From positions 3,710,277-3,774,276 of the forward strand of contig CP070695.1 in assembly GCA_020353515.1 (NCBI GenBank): DNA of 64,000 bases, written 5' to 3'. How positions within the stretch are numbered: the first letter of the stretch is position 1; every line of letters begins with the position of its first letter. Origin of the DNA: Candidatus Heimdallarchaeota archaeon. GTDB taxonomy: Archaea; Asgardarchaeota; Heimdallarchaeia; Hodarchaeales; Hodarchaeaceae. The position numbers were made by a program, and so were the translations under genes. Below are positions 58,543-64,000 of the stretch, one piece after another. The notes under the pieces are model-generated. The model had not been told where the DNA came from. It made no database searches and saw only the letters and a list, made by a program, of their open reading frames with translations.

Positions 58543-58575
58543 AAAGACAACATCCTATTATCGTAACAAGAGTAT

Positions 58576-60885
58576 TTAGTGAAACTTATAGAGCTCCTCA
58601 TTCAATATTTCATAAACTTGTTTCATAAAGATTGGTACATCAGGTACCCCAAGTATTTCACAGATTTTTCTGTCTAATAAATGCCGAATATGATTTTTAT
58701 TGTTCATTGCATCTTTGATTTGATAATAAAAGGACTTGAAGTGGCTTGATTCAAGAATAAACTGGTCAAAAATCTGAAATAAATCTCTTCGATCGACATC
58801 AATCACCTTTTTGGGATCCAAACAGAAGAAATTTCGAACATCGGTCCCGAAAATTTGTCCAAGAGCTCCTGTCTTTTCTCTACGTAACACAAAGTACGTC
58901 AAGAGAAAAATAGAGCTATTTAAGTAAGCTGCAATGATTTTGTCATGAAATTCTTCGTATGTTCTAATAAATATAAAATTATCAGAAAGGATAACAGGAT
59001 TTGGAGAATAATAAGCAATGATTTTGTTACTTAGTAAACTCAGCTCATGCGTAATAGCTATTCTGGCTATTTTCCGCCCTTTTTCTATATGTTTGAAAGC
59101 AAGTGTTTCAAATCCTGTTTTTCGGAATTTTTGAACCCCCCAGTTAACATAATGCTTAATAGCTTCATCCAAATCATTCCAGGGAGGAATTACAACAACA
59201 AAATCTGATATTTTTGGCATAATTCGTTCATAGAGAGAAGATTTCCTTAACACAGGAGACAGATATTGGATTGATAATTTCATTGTAGTATTAGTTTCTA
59301 TATTCTGAATTTTTATCCATAGTTTCGACTGCTCAGTGATTTTCCAATATTTATTAGGAAGATAGAAGAAATTTGAGATCCCTGCGCGAAAACCACGATC
59401 AACATCATACCGTGGTGTCTTCACCAATTGAGCTATAGGAGAAGTCAGATTTAAATTTCTTATCTGTTCAAATAAATTAAAGAAACGTTGATTAAATAGG
59501 TATACAACCCAATTCAAGTCAATATTTTCTTTCAAAGTTTGAAAAGGGATAAGATTTATTCGAATATTTAGATCTTCATAAGTTTCATTAGTAGCTTCTT
59601 CTATTATTTTACCTATTCTACGATAGTTCTTTCTTGTTAATTCTGTCTTTAAAACGATAAATTTAGTCTTTGACTCCCTTATCTGGCCTCTTTGTGCAAT
59701 GAAGAGAATTTCCTTGAATGTACATTGTTCTGAAAAAGCAGTCTGAACTTCTGAGGTAATAATATACTTAAAATGGAATCTTGAAAAAAGAAATTTTAGC
59801 ACTGGTCTCATCGTAGAAGAGTTAATTAGAGAAAGAGGGAGAATAAAAGCGAGAATACCATTCTTTTTCAAAAATCTCAATGAATCTAGAAGAAAATAAG
59901 CATATAACCCTAAATATTTTTTGTTATAATTAATGGAAATCCCCTCATGACGAAGATGAGCCTCTAGAAAATCTTTATACTCACTATCTAAACGATCTCC
60001 ACGTGTAAACGGAGGATTACCAAGTAGGATGTCAAATTTTCCTAATTGCGTCTTATTTCCTTTCATTCTACTTGAGTATTCAAAAAAATCAATAATTTCG
60101 ATTTGACAATTACTCCAGAGGTCTGTTGGATTCTGGATAGCAAGATTAATTTCAGCTAAATGGGCAGCAAATACTGAAACATCGATACCAAAGAGCTTCT
60201 GTAAAATCTGATCATGTTCCAAGGCTCCATTGAGCTCATTGATTCGCTTATATGCACTTACTAATAGAGTTCCAGAACCACAAGCAGGATCCATGAGATT
60301 AATCTGGTCTTTTTTTATGACTAAGTATGATAAGAATTCACCAACGATATTTGATGTATAGTAAGCCGCCAGAAACTTACGGAGGTCAAATGGAATTAAT
60401 CCATGGAATATTTTTCCTAAAATATCAGTTGAATATTGTAAGTAGCGAAACTGAAGTATTTTTTTGAACACACGATTTAAAGTTGAAACCGATTCATTGG
60501 GAAGTAGTTCTACAACTTGTGCATTGAAGATTACTCCATAATTCTGTTTTGTTACCATTTTATCAAATAGTTTCTGCAGATCTTTCCCATTTTTAAATGA
60601 AAGGGAATCTAATCCATTGTCATCATGTTTTTTCAGTAGAACAATATAAATGAATATCTGGGTAACAATAACAAAAGCTGCAGAACGAACGATTGCTGAT
60701 TCATACTCCTTTTTTCTTTTCACCGTACGTGTTATTTTGTTATCTAAAACTCGGGCAAAAAAGAATCCAAGTGTTCTGTCAAACTTATTAAATCCCACTT
60801 TTTTTGTGTAGGACTCTACTTCGTTTACAGCATCAACTAGAACGTTAAGAACCTCTTCTTCAGTATGAAGGTCTGATTTATTCAA
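58576..60885 (-). CDS. Gamma-class N6-adenine DNA methyltransferase (Type IIG-like MTase+TRD), no nuclease motif evident
   Basis: RKFLAAYYT, MDPACGSGTLL, LFGID, LGNPPFTR, AYLNSS. Confidence 0.85.
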   Translation of the reverse strand: MNKSDLHTEEEVLNVLVDAVNEVESYTKKVGFNKFDRTLGFFFARVLDNKITRTVKRKKEYESAIVRSAAFVIVTQIFIYIVLLKKHDDNGLDSLSFKNGKDLQKLFDKMVTKQNYGVIFNAQVVELLPNESVSTLNRVFKKILQFRYLQYSTDILGKIFHGLIPFDLRKFLAAYYTSNIVGEFLSYLVIKKDQINLMDPACGSGTLLVSAYKRINELNGALEHDQILQKLFGIDVSVFAAHLAEINLAIQNPTDLWSNCQIEIIDFFEYSSRMKGNKTQLGKFDILLGNPPFTRGDRLDSEYKDFLEAHLRHEGISINYNKKYLGLYAYFLLDSLRFLKKNGILAFILPLSLINSSTMRPVLKFLFSRFHFKYIITSEVQTAFSEQCTFKEILFIAQRGQIRESKTKFIVLKTELTRKNYRRIGKIIEEATNETYEDLNIRINLIPFQTLKENIDLNWVVYLFNQRFFNLFEQIRNLNLTSPIAQLVKTPRYDVDRGFRAGISNFFYLPNKYWKITEQSKLWIKIQNIETNTTMKLSIQYLSPVLRKSSLYERIMPKISDFVVVIPPWNDLDEAIKHYVNWGVQKFRKTGFETLAFKHIEKGRKIARIAITHELSLLSNKIIAYYSPNPVILSDNFIFIRTYEEFHDKIIAAYLNSSIFLLTYFVLRREKTGALGQIFGTDVRNFFCLDPKKVIDVDRRDLFQIFDQFILESSHFKSFYYQIKDAMNNKNHIRHLLDRKICEILGVPDVPIFMKQVYEILNEELYKFH

Positions 60886-61036
60886 ATATGGTCACTTGTT
60901 TTCATGAAATTAAGTCGTAATAGAAAATTTTTTCAGAATTATGTGAGCTTAATTCATATCAATCTAAAATGCTTTAATACTTCCTGTAGTAAAGAAAACT
61001 CTCCTAGTTCATGAAATTAGATTAGGAAGAAAATTA

Positions 61037-61909
61037 ATGGGTATAAGAATCCTTTCAATTACAGAGAAATACTACAAAAACTTGGAAGAAATGTATACCA
61101 ATGTGTTTGGTGAATTTGATAGTTCTACTGACCAAACTAACTTCCGCAGATATATTAGGTTCAGATCAAATCTAATCAAGATCGCTGCCCATTCTTCGAA
61201 AGTGGTCGGGTGTATCATTGGGAGTCGAGATAATTTTCACAAAGCAAGAGTTTATTTTCTTTATGTTCTTCCAAATTTTCAACGACGCTTAATTGGCAGT
61301 GATCTCTTACAGAAATTAGAAATGGAGTTCCGTACCAATCAGTCTAACCTCCGATATATATCGGTACGTATTCCAGAGAAATTCTTTGATTCAAAGGGCT
61401 TTTTTATGAAGCATAGATATGAGATTATTACTAAAATTAACTGCTATGTAAAAAAGGATCTACACTTTCCATTTCAAGCAAACCCAAATCTAGAAATTAG
61501 ATTAGCTACTGAAAATGACCTAAAAAATCTTATCAAACTAGAACATGCCTGTTTTTCAGAATATTGGAGGAAAACAAAGGAAGACTTCAAGGGGGAGATT
61601 GAATCAAAAGTAAATATTCTTTTGATAGCTCTTCTAGATGGAATACTCGTCGGTTACAACTCTAGTTCGATTTCTGCTAATGGAACCAATGGACACTATG
61701 CTCGTATTGCTACACTTCCAGAATTTCGCAAGCAGCATATTGCAACCAGTCTTACAGCTCAAGCTTTTCATTGGTTCCAAGATCAGAAAGTAAGAAACGT
61801 TTTGTTGACAACATTTGCAGAAAGTGAGGCCCATAATTTAATGTACAAAAAGTGGGGGTTTGAATTTGAGGAACAGGAGTTGATTTTAGCTAAAAAAATA
61901 ATAACCTAG
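61037..61909 (+). CDS. Tandem-domain GNAT acetyltransferase
   Basis: VLPNFQRRLIG and TLPEFRKQHIA acetyl-CoA motifs; MYKKWGF. Confidence 0.85.
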   Translation: MGIRILSITEKYYKNLEEMYTNVFGEFDSSTDQTNFRRYIRFRSNLIKIAAHSSKVVGCIIGSRDNFHKARVYFLYVLPNFQRRLIGSDLLQKLEMEFRTNQSNLRYISVRIPEKFFDSKGFFMKHRYEIITKINCYVKKDLHFPFQANPNLEIRLATENDLKNLIKLEHACFSEYWRKTKEDFKGEIESKVNILLIALLDGILVGYNSSSISANGTNGHYARIATLPEFRKQHIATSLTAQAFHWFQDQKVRNVLLTTFAESEAHNLMYKKWGFEFEEQELILAKKIIT

Positions 61910-62517
61910 CTATCTATTTTCTTTTCATTAAAAGAGAGAAGCCTCCAAGTTTGTCTTTGTAACCATTCTATTTCGGTCATTTTACAATTTTCGAACCATT
62001 CATCTGTTTCTGGAAGTAAATCCAATATTGTTCTTAATAAATGGTTTAATGGCCCCCCATGCGTGATTACTAATACGAGCGATGGTGGAGGTTCTAGGTT
62101 ACCAACTTCATTTAGAAATTGTTGAAGACGTTTGACTAAAGAGTTAATACTTTCACCATTAGGTATTTGCTTTGAGTGATCATTGCTAATACTTTCAAAA
62201 AATAGTCTTTCTTTCGGTTGTAACTGATCCCATTTACGTCCAACATATATTCCTAAATCCATCTCTCTTAATAAAGGTGTATAATTAATATCATTTATCT
62301 TTAGTTTTTTTCCAATAATTGTCGCAGTTTCAGCTGCTCTAACTAGATCTGACGAATAAATGCGATCAAATGAAATATATCCCATTAATATCATTCTTTG
62401 CGCGAGTTCGATTGCTTGAAGTCTTCCTTGACTTGTGAGAGGGGAATCCATATGCCCTTGGAGTACCCCCATAGAATTCGCTTCACTTTGTCCGTGTCGA
62501 ACCAGTACAATCTTCAT
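61906..62517 (-). CDS. Histidine phosphatase (phosphoglycerate mutase-like)
   Basis: LVRHGQS, YSSDLVRA, LREMDLG, ITHGG. Confidence 0.92.
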   Translation of the reverse strand: MKIVLVRHGQSEANSMGVLQGHMDSPLTSQGRLQAIELAQRMILMGYISFDRIYSSDLVRAAETATIIGKKLKINDINYTPLLREMDLGIYVGRKWDQLQPKERLFFESISNDHSKQIPNGESINSLVKRLQQFLNEVGNLEPPPSLVLVITHGGPLNHLLRTILDLLPETDEWFENCKMTEIEWLQRQTWRLLSFNEKKIDS

Positions 62518-62718
62518 TTAACTCTTTTTATGATAATATGTGAAAAATTGATTATGTTTTCCTTCAACTTCTTTCCAATCGATAAACGCAATATAGAAGA
62601 GCTAAAAGAACAATATTGAAGAATCTTCTAAGGTCTATCTAATCCATTTTAAAGGTTTTCAAAAAATACGAGCAACTAATGGTGAAAAATTACAGAATAT
62701 TAAGTTGAGGTTTTCGTT

Positions 62719-63324
62719 TTGGCAATAAAAAAAGATCAAGCTATCACAGCAGGTGAATTTTTTCCTCCTTCTAATAAGAACGTGATTTATCACTGTTATC
62801 TAAATAACACGGCTGGATTCCTAAAAGATTTCGTTATTTTCTCCTTCCTCATTGGCATATTTGCTTTTTTGATTATACAATTCATGGGGCTAGTAGTAGT
62901 GTTACTTTCGTGGATTATCATTGTCCCGTGGCTCCTCCCCAAGCACTATAAGTTCATACAGATAAATAAACATATTTTAGCTTTCGGAACAGGTTCAATT
63001 CCTGCCCTAATAAAATCAAATTTTAAAATCATCTATCAAATAGAAAAAACCCGATATATTGATCTTCACTATATAAAACTTGATCGATGGCATACAAAGA
63101 AGCGAGGGGGAAAGATCGATAGTTTTGGTCGAATTGAAGTTAAGACTGATGATATTGAACCAATATTCCAGATTCTTATTCATCCATCGGATCTATCTCG
63201 TCTCTTAAAAACTTTAGAGTCCCATCGACTCCATTCAAAAGTCCAGAAATCACGGTCTCGTGATGAGTTACTTTTATTATTCCCTTCATCCCCTTATTAT
63301 TCCAATCCAGGGAGAGATCCATAG
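62719..63324 (+). CDS. Hypothetical 2-TM protein with beta-rich (PH-like) C-terminal domain
   Basis: Two TM segments followed by short beta strands and a terminal helix. Confidence 0.55.
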   Translation: MAIKKDQAITAGEFFPPSNKNVIYHCYLNNTAGFLKDFVIFSFLIGIFAFLIIQFMGLVVVLLSWIIIVPWLLPKHYKFIQINKHILAFGTGSIPALIKSNFKIIYQIEKTRYIDLHYIKLDRWHTKKRGGKIDSFGRIEVKTDDIEPIFQILIHPSDLSRLLKTLESHRLHSKVQKSRSRDELLLLFPSSPYYSNPGRDP

Positions 63325-63360
63325 CTTTTATGTTATTTCTTCTTATGAATAGACCTGAAA

Positions 63361-63831
63361 TTATTCCCTGTTATTTACTTTGGAGATATGTTCGATATCA
63401 TGCTTGGAAAGATCATCAATTTGAGTTGCGAATGGGTGTTGGAGACCATTTGTGTCAGACCATAGTTTACCGAATTCATTGAAGACTTTTTCACGAGTTC
63501 GAATGAACTGTTCTTTTAAAGATTCTAATGAAATTGTTTTTCTCTCATTGATTACTTGATCATTCCAGAGATTAATAAAAACCATTTGGTCCTCTCGTTT
63601 ATAATCTGGAAAATGACAAAACTTTGGAAGATAAGATTCTCCAGATAAACAACTTTTCAAGATACTTAAATATTCTTCATCCCATACTTGAAGATGTATG
63701 AATAATTCCTTTAACCCCCATCCGTTTGAGGCTTGCCAATTGAGTGGAAGACTTAGAATCTTATTTGTGGACGTCCTTAAAGTATTTATTTTTAATAACC
63801 ACTCTTCTTTGTTAATAATCTTCTGATTCAT
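63361..63831 (-). CDS. DinB/ClbS-DfsB-like four-helix bundle protein
   Basis: WGLKELFIHLQVWD, WN......R, HDIEH; probable ATG start at 63831. Confidence 0.7.
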   Translation of the reverse strand: MNQKIINKEEWLLKINTLRTSTNKILSLPLNWQASNGWGLKELFIHLQVWDEEYLSILKSCLSGESYLPKFCHFPDYKREDQMVFINLWNDQVINERKTISLESLKEQFIRTREKVFNEFGKLWSDTNGLQHPFATQIDDLSKHDIEHISKVNNRE

Positions 63832-64000
63832 ATAAGAGATCTCTCTGTTCTCTAATCGCTTATGGTACGTTAGGTGTTCTGTATAATCCAAGCAGATGAC
63901 GAGTAGCACTGTGGATTTCTACTTCTTCGATGTGAAGAACGCCACTCTCATAAATAGTAATAACATTAAATGTATTCATTCTTTTTGATCTAATTTTTTT

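Noticed and set aside
30821-60885. Integrated mobile element or defence island explaining the MTases
   Set aside because: No integrase, transposase, att-like repeats, phage genes or nuclease seen, and housekeeping genes are interspersed.
1580-62619. The many 60-125 aa ORFs nested in or antisense to long genes (e.g. 4097-4450, 41927-42298, 54686-55036, 55382-55705)
   Set aside because: They overlap well-supported CDSs and carry no recognisable motifs; treated as shadow ORFs.
63923-63939. TTCTTC-N5-GAAGAA hairpin as SECIS-like element
   Set aside because: Only a 6-bp stem, and no in-frame UGA selenoprotein candidate nearby.

Overview
AT-rich (~35% GC by eye), gene-dense archaeal chromosomal segment, most likely from an Asgard archaeon (Heimdallarchaeia/Hodarchaeales-like). 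This is inferred from a Rab-like small GTPase homolog, several longin-like proteins, a geranylgeranyl reductase, TATA/BRE-type promoters and C-terminal TM+basic sorting tails. Recognisable metabolic and housekeeping genes: ABC transporters, eutA, Mo-hydroxylase large and 2Fe-2S subunits, acyl-CoA dehydrogenase, fdrA/ylbE, M42 peptidase, uvrA, a non-Pyl MttB homolog, tryptophanase, acyl-CoA ligase, YbaK, NIF3-like, PiT/DUF47, a YhhQ-family transporter, GNATs and a His-phosphatase. I saw no rRNA, tRNA, CRISPR array, integrase or transposase. The most notable items: (1) a divergon at 34.5-43.6 kb centred on a 34-bp palindrome containing two TTGCGCAA boxes, with a coiled-coil/wHTH protein, a ParA/MinD ATPase and a doubly anchored surface protein on one arm, and surface proteins plus a 1161-aa polytopic Zn-ribbon membrane protein on the other; (2) a tandem paralog pair of apparent double-longin proteins; (3) a Rab-like pseudo-GTPase with G1, G3, G4 and G5 eroded; (4) an NPRL2-like longin+winged-helix protein; (5) six DNA methyltransferase-like genes with no nuclease, including an inactive/active beta-class pair and two Zn-ribbon paralogs flanking a phosphate transporter. 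Three small ORFs and the partial permease at the left edge, all absent from the supplied track, were found by manual translation. Family assignments come from motif recognition, not database searches.
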